Shown: one piece after another, positions 1-9,179 of the stretch
How positions within the stretch are numbered: the first letter of the stretch is position 1
Layout of the letters: each line of letters begins with the position of its first letter
Origin: an uncultured Chloroflexia bacterium
GTDB taxonomy: Bacteria > Chloroflexota > Limnocylindria > Limnocylindrales > CSP1-4
NCBI GenBank assembly: GCA_963778155.1
Contig: CAVZTK010000021.1
Span: 1,162,871 to 1,226,870, forward strand
Direction: 5' to 3'
DNA: 64,000 nt
Made by a program: the position numbers and the translations under genes
The notes under the pieces: generated by a model
Seen by the model: only the letters and a program-made list of their open reading frames with translations
Told to the model about the DNA's origin: nothing
Databases searched by the model: none

Positions 1-300
1 ATCGGCGAGAGCGGCCCGGCGCTCGAGCGCTCGTTCCGGGACGCGGGGCTCGCCCGCACGGAGCGCGCCGCCAGCCTCGAGGACGCCGTCGGCCGGGCCG
101 ACGCCATCGCCCGCGACATCCTCGCGACGGGGCGGACGACCGGCCAGCCGCCCGGCGGACAGGCAGGTCCGGCGACGGTCCTGCTCAGCCCGGCCGCCGC
201 CAGCTTCGACATGTTCGTGGACTACGCCGCCCGCGGCCGGGCGTTCAAGGCAGCTGTCGCGGCGCTCGCCGCGACTCGAGCGGGGAAGGGGGACCGATGA
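1..300 (+). CDS. murD: MurD (UDP-N-acetylmuramoylalanine--D-glutamate ligase), C-terminal fragment; 5' end outside window
   Basis: Frame 1 reads ...VLLSPAAASFDMFVDYAARGRAF..., the conserved MurD C-terminal motif. TGA 298-300 overlaps the ftsW ATG (ATGA). Expected position in a dcw cluster. Confidence 0.75.
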   Translation: MGESGPALERSFRDAGLARTERAASLEDAVGRADAIARDILATGRTTGQPPGGQAGPATVLLSPAAASFDMFVDYAARGRAFKAAVAALAATRAGKGDR

Positions 301-1610
301 ACCTGGCACCGCCGATCCCGCGGCTCGAGCGGCTCCGCCGCGACGGCGACCCGAAGACCGCCGATCCGCGCACCACGGCCAACCGGACACCGGTCAAGAG
401 CCGCGCCGGGGCGCTCCGCCGGGAGCGCCACCAGGCCGACTACGTGATCCTGGTGGTCGTCGTGGCTCTGACCGCGATCGGCATCCTGATGGTCTACTCG
501 TCGTCGGCGCTCAAGGGCTACCTGTCGCAGGACGCCGATACCTTCGCGACGGTCGGGCCCCAGATCCAGTGGGCCATCCTGGGCTTCGCCGCGATGCTCG
601 TGATGATGCGGGTGGACTACCGCTATCTCCGTCTCGCATCCGTGCCGCTGTACCTGATCGCCATCGCCCTGCTCATCCTCGTCTTCGTTCCCAGCCTGAA
701 CATCGTCGTCGGCGGCTCCGCTCGCTGGCTCAAGCTCGGTCCGCTGCCGGCCATCCACCCGGCCGAGTTCGCCAAGCTCGCCCTCGTCATCTACCTCGCC
801 CACTGGTTCGCCAAGCGGGGCGGCGGCATCCGCGGCTTCTGGGGCGGAACGGTCCCGTTCCTGATCATCGTTGCGCCGGTCATCGCCCTGGTCTTCAAGG
901 AGCCCGACCTGGGCACGACCGGGGTCATCACTCTGACCGCGTTCACGATGTTCTTCGTGGCCGGCGCGAACTTCTTCCACCTCGCGGTGATGGCCGCGGG
1001 CGGGCTGATGGCGATGTTGATGGTCGGCCTGCAGTCGTACCAGACGGACCGCATCCTGGTCTGGCAGAACCCCTGGCTCGATCCGCTCGGGAAGGGCTTC
1101 CACACCATCCAGGGGCTGCTCGCGTTGGGCGTCGGCGGCCTGGTCGGGACCGGCCTCGGCGCCAGCCGCGTGTCGGTGCCCAATGCCTTCAACGACTTCA
1201 TCTTCGCCGAGGTCGGCCAGGAGTTCGGGCTGATCGGCGGGATCGTCGTCATCACCCTGTTCCTGCTGCTGGCCTACTCCGGGGTGCGAGTCGCGCTCGC
1301 GGCGCCCGACACGTTCGGGGCGCTGCTCGCAGCCGGCATCACCGCCTGGCTGTGCCTCCAGGCGTTCATCAATATCGGGGTCGTCGTGGCCCTGCTGCCG
1401 ATCACCGGGATCACCCTGCCGTTCATCAGTGCCGGCGGGTCATCCCTCATCATCAGCTTCGCCGCGGTCGGGATCCTGTTGTCGATCTCGCGCGAGACCG
1501 TGGAGAAGGGGACGTGGAACGACGATGCGATTGCTGATCGCGGCGGGAGGGACGGGCGGACACATCTACCCGGCGCTCGCCGTCGCCCGCTCGCTCGGCA
1601 CGACGCCTGA
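297..1610 (+). CDS. ftsW: FtsW/RodA/SpoVE-family peptidoglycan glycosyltransferase (cell-division FtsW by context)
   Basis: 437-aa polytopic membrane ORF with SEDS-type motifs (NPWLDPLGKGFHTIQGL, LPITGITLPFISAGGSS). Lies between murD and murG. The last ~86 nt overlap murG. Confidence 0.9.
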   Translation: MNLAPPIPRLERLRRDGDPKTADPRTTANRTPVKSRAGALRRERHQADYVILVVVVALTAIGILMVYSSSALKGYLSQDADTFATVGPQIQWAILGFAAMLVMMRVDYRYLRLASVPLYLIAIALLILVFVPSLNIVVGGSARWLKLGPLPAIHPAEFAKLALVIYLAHWFAKRGGGIRGFWGGTVPFLIIVAPVIALVFKEPDLGTTGVITLTAFTMFFVAGANFFHLAVMAAGGLMAMLMVGLQSYQTDRILVWQNPWLDPLGKGFHTIQGLLALGVGGLVGTGLGASRVSVPNAFNDFIFAEVGQEFGLIGGIVVITLFLLLAYSGVRVALAAPDTFGALLAAGITAWLCLQAFINIGVVVALLPITGITLPFISAGGSSLIISFAAVGILLSISRETVEKGTWNDDAIADRGGRDGRTHLPGARRRPLARHDA

Positions 1611-2687
1611 GGCCCCGGAGCTGCGCTGGCTGGGCGGGCACCGCGGGCTCGAGGCGTCCATCGTCCCCGCAGCGCATATCCCCCTGCGCCGCCTGGCTGC
1701 TCGCTCGCTGCGAACCACCGAGGCCGACGTCCACGCGATCCTCGACCCGATCCGCCTCGGGCTGTCGGTCCCGCAGGCGACCGCCATCCTCGTCCGCGAG
1801 CGGCCGGCGGCCATCTTCACGACCGGCGGCTACGTCGCGCGTGCCCGTCCTCATGGCGGCTGCGCCGCTCGGCATCCCGGTCGTCCTGTGGGACGGCAAC
1901 GTGATCCCGGGCCGGGCGGTCCGCGCCACGGCCCGGCTGGCGGCCGCCCTGGCGGTGTCGTTCGATGCCACCTGCCGGGCGCTTGCCGGCGCCGGCGCGG
2001 GGCGCCCGTGCTACGTGACCGGCACGCCCATCCGTGAGATCGATGCGATCGACCGGGTCGCCGCGCGGCTGCGGATGGACATCGACGCGGGTGAGCGCGT
2101 CCTCCTCATCTTCGGTGGCTCGCAGGCGGTGCGGCGGTTCAACGCTGCCGTGGCCGAGGCGCTGCCCCGGCTGGTCGAGCGGGTGACCGTCCTGCACGTG
2201 ACCGGTGACGAGGGGTACGCCGCGGCCCTGACCGGCCGCGAGATCCTGCCCGAGTCCCTCCGCCGTCGCTACCGACCGTATCCGTTCCTGCGCGACGAGA
2301 TGCTGGCGGCCCTCGCGGCCGCGGACCTGGTGGTCGGCCGGGCGGGATCATCGACGCTCGCCGAGGTGACGGCGCTCGGACTGCCGATGGTCGTCGTTCC
2401 GTATCCGCACGCGGCAGGGCACCAGCGCGCCAACGCGGTGAGCCTCGTGGCGGCCGGCGCCGCCCGGCTGGTCGAGGACGACGCGTTCGATGCCGCGGCG
2501 CTGCTCGAGGCGGCGGCACTTCTCGACGACCCGGCGGCGCATGCCGCGATGTCGGCTGCGGCGCGTGGGCTGGGCAGGCCGGGTGCTGCCGACGCGGTCG
2601 CCGAGCTCGTCATGGCCGCAGCCGTGAGCGGTGCCGTTCCCGGACCCGGCCGAGGTCGAGCGGCGCTCCCGGGGTCGCGCCGCGTGA
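1525..2687 (+). pseudogene. murG: MurG (undecaprenyl-PP-MurNAc-pentapeptide GlcNAc transferase), frame break near 1836-1841; 3' end uncertain
   Basis: MRLLIAAGGTGGHIYPALAV... runs to ...TTGGYVA in frame 1, then PVLMAAAPLGIPVVLWDGNVIPGRAV... and GRAGSSTLAEV... continue in frame 2. As sequenced it runs on into murB without a stop. A GTGA at 2684-2687 suggests a second hidden break near 2630-2650. Confidence 0.8.
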
Positions 2688-3649
2688 TCGCCGGCTTCGA
2701 CGCGATCGCCACGGGGACCGACATCCAGCGCCGGATCGGGGTCAAGACCTCGCGCGACGAGCCGCTGGCGCGGTTCACCACGATGCGGGTCGGCGGACCG
2801 GCCGACCTGTTCGCGACGGTCCACAACGCGCACGAGCTGCGCGCCCTGGTCCGCTTCGCCCGGACCCGCGGCCTGCCGCATGTCGTGCTCGGGCGCGGCA
2901 GCGACCTGGTCATCGCAGACGCCGGGATCCGCGGGCTGGTGATCCAGGTCCGGGCGGAGGGATCGCGGACCGTCGGCGATCGCTACACCGCCGAGGCCGG
3001 CGTCCAGATGGCGCGGGCTGCGACCGAGACTCAGCATGCCGGCCTGACCGGGCTCGAGTTCGGGCTGGCCATCCCCGGCACGGTCGGCGGGGCCGTGTGG
3101 GCCAATGCGGGCGCCCACGACGCCGACATGGCAGGTGTCCTCGAGTCGGCGCGCGTCCTGCAGGCGGACGGGACCGAGGTCATCGTCCCGGCAAGCGAGC
3201 TGGGGCTGTCCTATCGCGACAGTCGGTTCAAGCGTGCCGGCCACGACGCCGTCGCCGATGCGCCGCGCGACGTGGTGGTCGACGCGACGTTCCGCCTCGA
3301 GGAGGCTGACCCGGACACGATCAAGGCGCGGCTCGACGACATCCGCCGCTGGCGGCAGGCCCACCAGCCGCTCGGGCTGCCATCGGCGGGCAGCGTCTTC
3401 CGCAACCCGGCCGGCGATTCGGCCGGCCGGCTGATCGAGGCGGCGGGCCTGAAAGGGCTGCGCATCGGGGGCGCCGTCGTGTCCGAGAAGCACGCGAACT
3501 TCATCGTCAACGACCAGAAGGGTCGGGCCGCCGACGTCCGCCGCCTGGCCGAGCGGGTACGCGCCGAGGTCCTCGCCCGGCACGACGTCGACCTCGCCTT
3601 CGAGATCGAGTTCGTCGGCGACTGGTCCGGCTGGGAGGCCGCCGCATGA
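2684..3649 (+). CDS. murB: MurB (UDP-N-acetylenolpyruvoylglucosamine reductase)
   Basis: ...SRDEPLARFTTMRVGGPADLF..., GRGSDLVIAD, SAGSVFRNP and KHANFIVN motifs. Candidate GTG start at 2684. Stop overlaps the ddl ATG (ATGA at 3646-3649). Confidence 0.85.
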   Translation: MIAGFDAIATGTDIQRRIGVKTSRDEPLARFTTMRVGGPADLFATVHNAHELRALVRFARTRGLPHVVLGRGSDLVIADAGIRGLVIQVRAEGSRTVGDRYTAEAGVQMARAATETQHAGLTGLEFGLAIPGTVGGAVWANAGAHDADMAGVLESARVLQADGTEVIVPASELGLSYRDSRFKRAGHDAVADAPRDVVVDATFRLEEADPDTIKARLDDIRRWRQAHQPLGLPSAGSVFRNPAGDSAGRLIEAAGLKGLRIGGAVVSEKHANFIVNDQKGRAADVRRLAERVRAEVLARHDVDLAFEIEFVGDWSGWEAAA

Positions 3650-4764
3650 GCGGGAGGCCGCCGGTCGTGGTGCTGCTCGGCGGCCCGTCGGCCGAGCACG
3701 ATGTCTCGGTCGTGTCCGGAACGGCCATCGCCGAAGCCCTGGCCGGCGAAGGCCACTCCGTCGAGCAGGTCCTCATCGATCTCGACGGGGGCTGGTGGTG
3801 GCTCCCCGCCGGGCACCGCCGCGATGGCCGACCCGCGAGCGCCTACGACGACCCGGCATCGCTCGGCGCGAGCGGCCCGGTCGCGGTCGGGGCCGCCGTC
3901 GATCGGCTCGCGGCGGCGCGACCCGCACCGGTCGTCGTCATCGCCCTCCACGGCCCGTTCGGCGAGGACGGCACGGTCCAGGCCCTGCTCGAGGCCGCGG
4001 ACGTGCCCTACACCGGGTCGGGCGTCGCGGCCTCCGCGATCGGCATGGACAAGGTCATCTTCAAGCGCCTGTGCCGTGGGATCGGGCTCCCGGTCGTGGA
4101 CTGGCGCGAGGTCCATGCCGCGCGCTGGACGAGCGACCCCGCGGCTGTGCGGACCGAGCTGCTCGCCTTCGCCGCTGCCGCATCCGACCCACGCCTGATG
4201 GTCAAGCCGGCACGCCTCGGGAGCTCGGTCGGGATGACCCTGGTCCACGAGCCGGCCGAGCTCGACGCGGCGCTCGACACCGCGTTCCGTCACGACACGC
4301 TGGCCCTCGCCGAGACGTACATCGCCGGCGCGCGCGACCTCGAGGTCTCGGTCATCGGCAACGGCCCGGCGGACCTCGAGCTGTACGGGCCGGGCGAGAT
4401 CGTGTCGGGCCACGAGTTCTACGACTACGAGGCCAAGTACACCGCGGGGCTGTCCGAGACCTCGACCCGGGCCGAGGTCACCGACCGCCAGCGGGCGACG
4501 ATCCTCAAGATCGCCCGCGACGCGTACCGGGCCATCGGCGCCGAAGGGTTCGCCCGGATCGACTTCCTGCTGGCCGGCGAGGCGATCGTGCTGTCCGAGA
4601 TCAACACGATCCCGGGGTTCACCCCGATCAGCCTGTTCCCGACGATGCCGGCCGAGGGCGGCTATACCTTCGCGGCCGTCTGCAGCAGGATCGTCGAGCT
4701 GGCACTCGAGCGTCACGCGGCCCGCGCCCGGCCCGCCCTGACGCCGGCGGACCTCCCCCGATGA
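3646..4764 (+). CDS. ddl: D-alanine--D-alanine ligase
   Basis: 372 aa with VVVLLGGPSAEHDVSVVSG at the N-terminus and an ATP-grasp core (ALHGPFGEDGTVQALLE, KPARLGSSVGM, EINTIPGFT). Confidence 0.93.
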   Translation: MSGRPPVVVLLGGPSAEHDVSVVSGTAIAEALAGEGHSVEQVLIDLDGGWWWLPAGHRRDGRPASAYDDPASLGASGPVAVGAAVDRLAAARPAPVVVIALHGPFGEDGTVQALLEAADVPYTGSGVAASAIGMDKVIFKRLCRGIGLPVVDWREVHAARWTSDPAAVRTELLAFAAAASDPRLMVKPARLGSSVGMTLVHEPAELDAALDTAFRHDTLALAETYIAGARDLEVSVIGNGPADLELYGPGEIVSGHEFYDYEAKYTAGLSETSTRAEVTDRQRATILKIARDAYRAIGAEGFARIDFLLAGEAIVLSEINTIPGFTPISLFPTMPAEGGYTFAAVCSRIVELALERHAARARPALTPADLPR

Positions 4765-5642
4765 ACGGTCGTCCGGTGGCCAGCCGGAGCCGCACGCCGC
4801 TCCCCGGACGCCGGTCGCGCCGCGTGCGGCGGGCGTCCGCAGGCCTGTCGCCGGTCCGTGCCGGGGCCGGCCTGGTCATGCTCGCCACCGCGGCCGCGAT
4901 CTACGGCGTCGGCGCGTCGTCCGCCTTCGACTACCGGTCGATCCAGGTGACCGGGGCAGAGCTCACCGACCCCGCGGTCATCGAATCGGCCCTCGCCGTC
5001 GCCCGTGGCCAGAACCTGTTCGCGCTGTCCACCCGGTCGCTGGTCGCCGCCCTCGACGGGCTCCCGACGGTGCGCTCGGCCCAGGTCGAGGTCCGCCTGC
5101 CCGGGACGCTCGCGGTCACCGTCGACGAGCGCGTCCCCGTCATGGTCTGGCAGGTCGGGCAACGCCGCTACCTGGCCGACGCCGACGGCACCCTGTTCGG
5201 GCTGATGCCGGCCCATCCCCCGGCGGATGCCGCGAACCTGCCGGTCATCGACGATCTGCGGATCTCGGCAGCCGATCTCGACGTCGGCAAGCGGCTCGAC
5301 CCGGTCGACCTCGATGCCGCGACGCGGCTCGCGTCGCTGGTCCCGGGCGACCTCGGCAGCTCGGCCGTGTCCCTCGCGGTCAGCGTCACCGACGAGAACG
5401 GGTTCGTCGTCGGCACGAGGCCGGGCTCGTGGTCGGCGGTCTTCGGCTTCTACACCCCGAGCCTGCGCACGACCGACATGATCCCCGGCCAGGTCCGGCT
5501 GCTGCGCAGCCTGCTGACCGGTCGCGAGCCGACGGTCCAGCGGGTGGTCCTCGCCTCGGACACCGACGGGACGTACGTGCCGCGGGCGGCCCCATCGCCG
5601 TCGTCGGGGAAGTCGTCGGCGAAACCGAGCAAGTCGCCATGA
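4761..5642 (+). CDS. ftsQ: Cell-division protein FtsQ/DivIB (POTRA domain)
   Basis: ATG at 4761 overlaps the ddl stop. Basic N-terminus, one TM segment (GLVMLATAAAIYGV), then a POTRA-like IQVTGAELTDPAVIESAL...VEVRLPGTLAVTVDERVPV. Confidence 0.8.
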   Translation: MNGRPVASRSRTPLPGRRSRRVRRASAGLSPVRAGAGLVMLATAAAIYGVGASSAFDYRSIQVTGAELTDPAVIESALAVARGQNLFALSTRSLVAALDGLPTVRSAQVEVRLPGTLAVTVDERVPVMVWQVGQRRYLADADGTLFGLMPAHPPADAANLPVIDDLRISAADLDVGKRLDPVDLDAATRLASLVPGDLGSSAVSLAVSVTDENGFVVGTRPGSWSAVFGFYTPSLRTTDMIPGQVRLLRSLLTGREPTVQRVVLASDTDGTYVPRAAPSPSSGKSSAKPSKSP

Positions 5643-5706
5643 CGTGGCGCATGGTCGCGCCGTCGGGTAGCCTTGCCCAAACCACTGGAGCGAGGACGAA
5701 CAACCC

Positions 5707-6030
5707 GTGCTGCTGCCCCTGCTCGGACTCCTCGTGGGCGTCCTCATGGGCCTCGTCCTCAACGTCAATGTCGGGTTCGAACTCAGTCGCTATTCGGCCG
5801 TGGCGATCCTCGCCGCGCTCGATTCGGTGCTCGGAGCGGTCCGGGCCGAGCTCGACGGGGTCTACGACAATCGCATCTTCATCAGCGGGTTCCTGGTCAA
5901 CGCCATCGTCGCGGTGCTCCTGACATTCATCGGCGACCGGCTCGGCCTGGATCTCTACCTGGTGGCCCTCATCACCTTCGGCCTGCGCATCTTCGATAAC
6001 GTGGCTCTCATCCGGCGCCACTTCCTGTAG
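5707..6030 (+). CDS. sbp: Small basic membrane protein, DUF1290/Sbp family
   Basis: 107 aa, GTG start, hydrophobic. Sits between ftsQ and ftsA as sbp does in Bacillus-type dcw clusters. Motif YDNRIFISGFLVNA. Confidence 0.7.
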   Translation: MLLPLLGLLVGVLMGLVLNVNVGFELSRYSAVAILAALDSVLGAVRAELDGVYDNRIFISGFLVNAIVAVLLTFIGDRLGLDLYLVALITFGLRIFDNVALIRRHFL

Positions 6031-6065
6031 ACGACCTACACCCGCAACGGGAGACGAACGAAACG

Positions 6066-7298
6066 GTGGAACGAGAAGCGGTCCTGGTCGGCATCGACGT
6101 CGGCACGAGCAAGGTCTGCGCCCTCATCGGCGAGGTGAGCCGCGATGGCCGGCTGACGATCATGGGCCACGGCACCGTGCCGGCGTCCGGGCTGAAGAAG
6201 GGCGTCGTCATCAACATCGACCAGACGGTCCGCTCGATCGCGGACGCGGTCGAGCGCGCCGAGCGGCTGTCGGGCTGGAAGATCGACCGGGCGTTCGTCG
6301 GGGTCGGCGGCCAGCACGTCGAGAGCCTCAACTCGCGCGGCCAGGTCGCGGTCACCGCCCATCATCGCGAGGTCACCCGCGAGGACGTCAACCGCGCCAT
6401 CGAGGTCGCCCGGGCGGTGTCGATCCCGTCCAACCGCGACGTCCTCCACGTCGAGCGGCGCGGCTTCACGGTCGACGGCCAGGAGGGCGTCAAGGACCCG
6501 CTCGGGATGAGCGCGCTGCGGCTCGAGGTCGAGACCCACATCGTCACGGCGTCCGCGACCGCGGTCCAGAACCTGACCAAGTGCGTGGCCGCGGCCGGGG
6601 TCAAGATCGACGAGCTGGTGGCCAACTCCCTGGCCGCCGCCGAGGCGGTGCTGACCGAGACCGAGAAGGAGCTCGGCGTGGCGGTCGCCGACATCGGCGC
6701 CGGGACGATCGACCTGGCGCTCTTCCAGGACGGCTCGCCGTTCCACACCCGCGTCCTGCCGGTCGGTGGCGCGAACGTCACCAATGACGTGGCGATCGGG
6801 CTCAAGACCAGCATCCAGGTCGCCGAGGAGCTCAAGATCAAGCACGGCACCTGCGACCTGCGCCAGATCGACGACGACGAGCAGATCAGCGTGTCGGTCC
6901 TCGGCGAGGACGCCGGCCGGACGGTGAGCCGGCTCGAGGTGTCCCAGATCATCGAGGCCCGGATGCGCGAGACGTTCGAGCTGCTGCGCAACGAGATCCG
7001 GGCCGCCGGGGTCGGCATGCTCCCGGCCGGGATCATCCTGACCGGCGGTGCCTCGCAGCTGGCCGGCGCGGCCGAGCTCGGCCGCGAGGTCCTCGAGATG
7101 CCGGTCCGGGTCGCCGCGCCGTCCGGCATCGGCGGGCTCGTGGACACGCTCCTCACGCCCGCCTACAGCACCAGCGTCGGCCTGCTCCAGTGGGGCGCCG
7201 CGGCGCTGTCCGCCGGCGAGCCGAACCGCTACGAGTCGGCGCCGGTCGGTGGCGGCATGGGCCGCTTGCGCGACGCGATCCGGAACATCTTCCCGTAG
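6066..7298 (+). CDS. ftsA: Cell-division protein FtsA (actin-like ATPase)
   Basis: 410 aa with VGIDVGTSKVCALIGE, DIGAGTIDLALF, ILTGGASQLAG, and a C-terminal amphipathic tail GRLRDAIRNIFP. Confidence 0.93.
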   Translation: MEREAVLVGIDVGTSKVCALIGEVSRDGRLTIMGHGTVPASGLKKGVVINIDQTVRSIADAVERAERLSGWKIDRAFVGVGGQHVESLNSRGQVAVTAHHREVTREDVNRAIEVARAVSIPSNRDVLHVERRGFTVDGQEGVKDPLGMSALRLEVETHIVTASATAVQNLTKCVAAAGVKIDELVANSLAAAEAVLTETEKELGVAVADIGAGTIDLALFQDGSPFHTRVLPVGGANVTNDVAIGLKTSIQVAEELKIKHGTCDLRQIDDDEQISVSVLGEDAGRTVSRLEVSQIIEARMRETFELLRNEIRAAGVGMLPAGIILTGGASQLAGAAELGREVLEMPVRVAAPSGIGGLVDTLLTPAYSTSVGLLQWGAAALSAGEPNRYESAPVGGGMGRLRDAIRNIFP

Positions 7299-7711
7299 AC
7301 ACGCGCGAGCTGACGGTCCGCACCGGCCGCGATCGCGGGCTCGTCGACCTGACCGGCCGGTGCGCCGGGTTCGTCGCGGAGGCGTCGGGCGGCGACGACG
7401 GCCTGCTGTCGATCTTCGTCCCGCACGCGACCGCCGGCCTCGTCGTGGTCGAGATCGGCGCGGGCTCCGACGAGGACCTGCTGGCGGCGCTCGACCGCCT
7501 GCTGCCGCGCGACGAGCGGCTGTACCGTCACCGCCACGGGTCGCCCGGTCACGGCGCCGATCACGTCCTGCCGCTGCTCGCGCCGCCGTCGCTCACCGTG
7601 CCCGTCGTGGGCGGCCGGCTGGCCCTCGGGACGTGGCAGTCGATCTGCCTTCTCGACCCCAACGCCGACAACGACGTCCGGACCGTCCGCCTGTCCTGGC
7701 TGGCTGCCTGA
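7190..7711 (+). CDS. YjbQ/UPF0047-family protein; start codon unresolved
   Basis: Family-like sequence starts near 7295 (TRELTVRTGRDRGLVDLT...VPHATAGLVVVE...GRLALGTWQSI). There is no ATG/GTG/TTG near that point. The only in-frame start is GTG 7190, which overlaps ftsA by 109 nt. Confidence 0.65.
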   Translation: MGRRGAVRRRAEPLRVGAGRWRHGPLARRDPEHLPVDTRELTVRTGRDRGLVDLTGRCAGFVAEASGGDDGLLSIFVPHATAGLVVVEIGAGSDEDLLAALDRLLPRDERLYRHRHGSPGHGADHVLPLLAPPSLTVPVVGGRLALGTWQSICLLDPNADNDVRTVRLSWLAA

Positions 7712-7804
7712 GCGGTGCGTCCGGGCACCACCCGGACGCTCGAAAACGGTCGGAAAGGGCCGCGATCGGCGATGTTCGGGCGTCCACCGCGACCTGTCCG
7801 GCGG

Positions 7805-7810
7805 TATACT
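7805..7810 (+). promoter_or_regulatory. Candidate -10 box TATACT upstream of ftsZ
   Basis: A rare AT-rich hexamer in a GC-rich intergenic gap, correctly oriented ~100 nt upstream of the ftsZ ATG. The same 12-mer tatactccggcc recurs upstream of purA. Confidence 0.4.
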
Positions 7811-7912
7811 CCGGCCAACCCAACGGACCCGCTCAGCACCGGGAAAGGCCACCCGGGTCCAGACGAGCCACCGTCGCGCAGAATCCCCACGTGGGTCGCT
7901 GAGGAGAGCCCG

Positions 7913-9151
7913 ATGCCGTTGCGTTCCGATTCCGAGAACTTCGCGCTGATCCGGGTCATCGGTGTCGGCGGCGGGGGAAGCAACGCCGTCAACCGGATGA
8001 TCCGCGCCGAGATGATGGGGGTCGAGTTCATCGCCCTCAACACCGACGCGCAGGCCCTCCTGCAGGCCGACGCGCCGCACAAGATCCGGATCGGCGACAA
8101 GATCACCCGCGGTCTCGGAGCCGGCGGTGACTCGACCATCGGCCAGCGCGCGGCGGAAGAGGACTCGGAGAAGATCAGCGCGGCGCTCGTCGATTCGGAC
8201 ATGGTGTTCATCACCGCGGGGCTCGGCGGCGGGACAGGCTCGGGCGCCGCTCCCGTGGTCGCCCAGATCGCCAAGGAGACCGGCGCGCTGACCATCGGCG
8301 TCGTGACCAAGCCGTTCACGTTCGAGGGCGCCAAGCGCAAGCTCGTCGCCGAGAAGGCCGCCGAGGAGCTCAAGGCGCAGGTCGACACCCTGATCACCAT
8401 CCCCAACGACCGGCTCAAGGACGTCGTCCAGAAGAACACCAGCATCCTCGACGCCTTCCGGGTCGTCGACGACGTCCTGCGCCAGGGCGTCCAGGGCATC
8501 AGCGACATCATCACCATGCCTGGACTCATCAATCTCGACTTCGCCGACGTGCGCGCGATCATGCGCGACGCAGGCTCCGCGCTGATGGGCATCGGTCGCG
8601 CGACCGGCGAGAACCGCGCGGTCGAGGCCGCCCGCCAGGCGATCGCCAGCCCGCTGCTCGAGGTCGACATCGCGGGCGCCCAGGGCATCCTGTTCAACAT
8701 CACCGGCTCGTCGACCCTCAGCCTGTATGAGGTCACCGAGGCCGCCGAGGAGATCCGCGCGGCCGCCGACCCGGAGGCCAACATCATCTTCGGGACGAGC
8801 TTCAACGAGCGGCTCGGCGACGAGGTGATGATCACCGTCATCGCGACCGGCTTCGACGGCGGCAAGAAGCGTCACGTCAACCGTCACGAGGCGACCGCCG
8901 TGATGGACGAGGGGGCGATCGCCCGACCATCCCGCGAGCGCGACTTCCTCGAGGAGCTCCAGCGCCAGCGCGACGAGGTCGCCGACGGCGGGTCGTACCC
9001 GGGCCAGGCGCCGTCGCACCTCGATGACCAGGCCGCGGCCGTGGCCGCGCCGCGCGTCGAGCGGACCGTCGGCGAGCCGGTCCCGGCCAAGCGCTCGACG
9101 ACGTACGACGCGGACGACCTGGAGATCCCGAGCTTCCTCCGCCGGAAGTGA
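7913..9151 (+). CDS. ftsZ: Cell-division GTPase FtsZ
   Basis: ATG 7913 is preceded by GAGGAG (7901-7906). Motifs: [28 protein letters not shown], and the C-terminal peptide [12 protein letters not shown]. Confidence 0.95.
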   Translation: MPLRSDSENFALIRVIGVGGGGSNAVNRMIRAEMMGVEFIALNTDAQALLQADAPHKIRIGDKITRGLGAGGDSTIGQRAAEEDSEKISAALVDSDMVFITAGLGGGTGSGAAPVVAQIAKETGALTIGVVTKPFTFEGAKRKLVAEKAAEELKAQVDTLITIPNDRLKDVVQKNTSILDAFRVVDDVLRQGVQGISDIITMPGLINLDFADVRAIMRDAGSALMGIGRATGENRAVEAARQAIASPLLEVDIAGAQGILFNITGSSTLSLYEVTEAAEEIRAAADPEANIIFGTSFNERLGDEVMITVIATGFDGGKKRHVNRHEATAVMDEGAIARPSRERDFLEELQRQRDEVADGGSYPGQAPSHLDDQAAAVAAPRVERTVGEPVPAKRSTTYDADDLEIPSFLRRK

Positions 9152-9179
9152 TCCGGGCCGGCTTGCCGGCGATCAGCGC

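Noticed and set aside
1525-1610. The 86-nt overlap between the ftsW 3' end and the murG 5' end, as a sign of another lesion.
   Set aside because: The ftsW tail after ~1527 has weak codon signal, so its true stop may be missing. However, the murG ATG and motif GGTGGH are secure, and I cannot locate a specific indel. Left as annotated.
1841-3649. A genuine bifunctional MurG-MurB fusion protein.
   Set aside because: A GTGA stop/start overlap signature at 2684-2687, plus an open +1 frame just upstream, makes a hidden single-base insertion more likely, given the many such events in this window. It is kept as an open question in the findings.
7229-9019. A very long antisense ORF (596 aa) opposite yjbQ/ftsZ. 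There are many similar ones: 222-1103(-), 3211-4716(-), 14983-17028(+), 27239-29716(-), 37213-39213(-), 43803-45701(-), 49216-50610(-), 56020-57423(-).
   Set aside because: They mirror well-supported genes on the other strand. They are Arg/Pro/Gly/Asp-rich with no recognisable motifs, and they show the stop-codon-poor shadow-frame behaviour expected in very GC-rich DNA.
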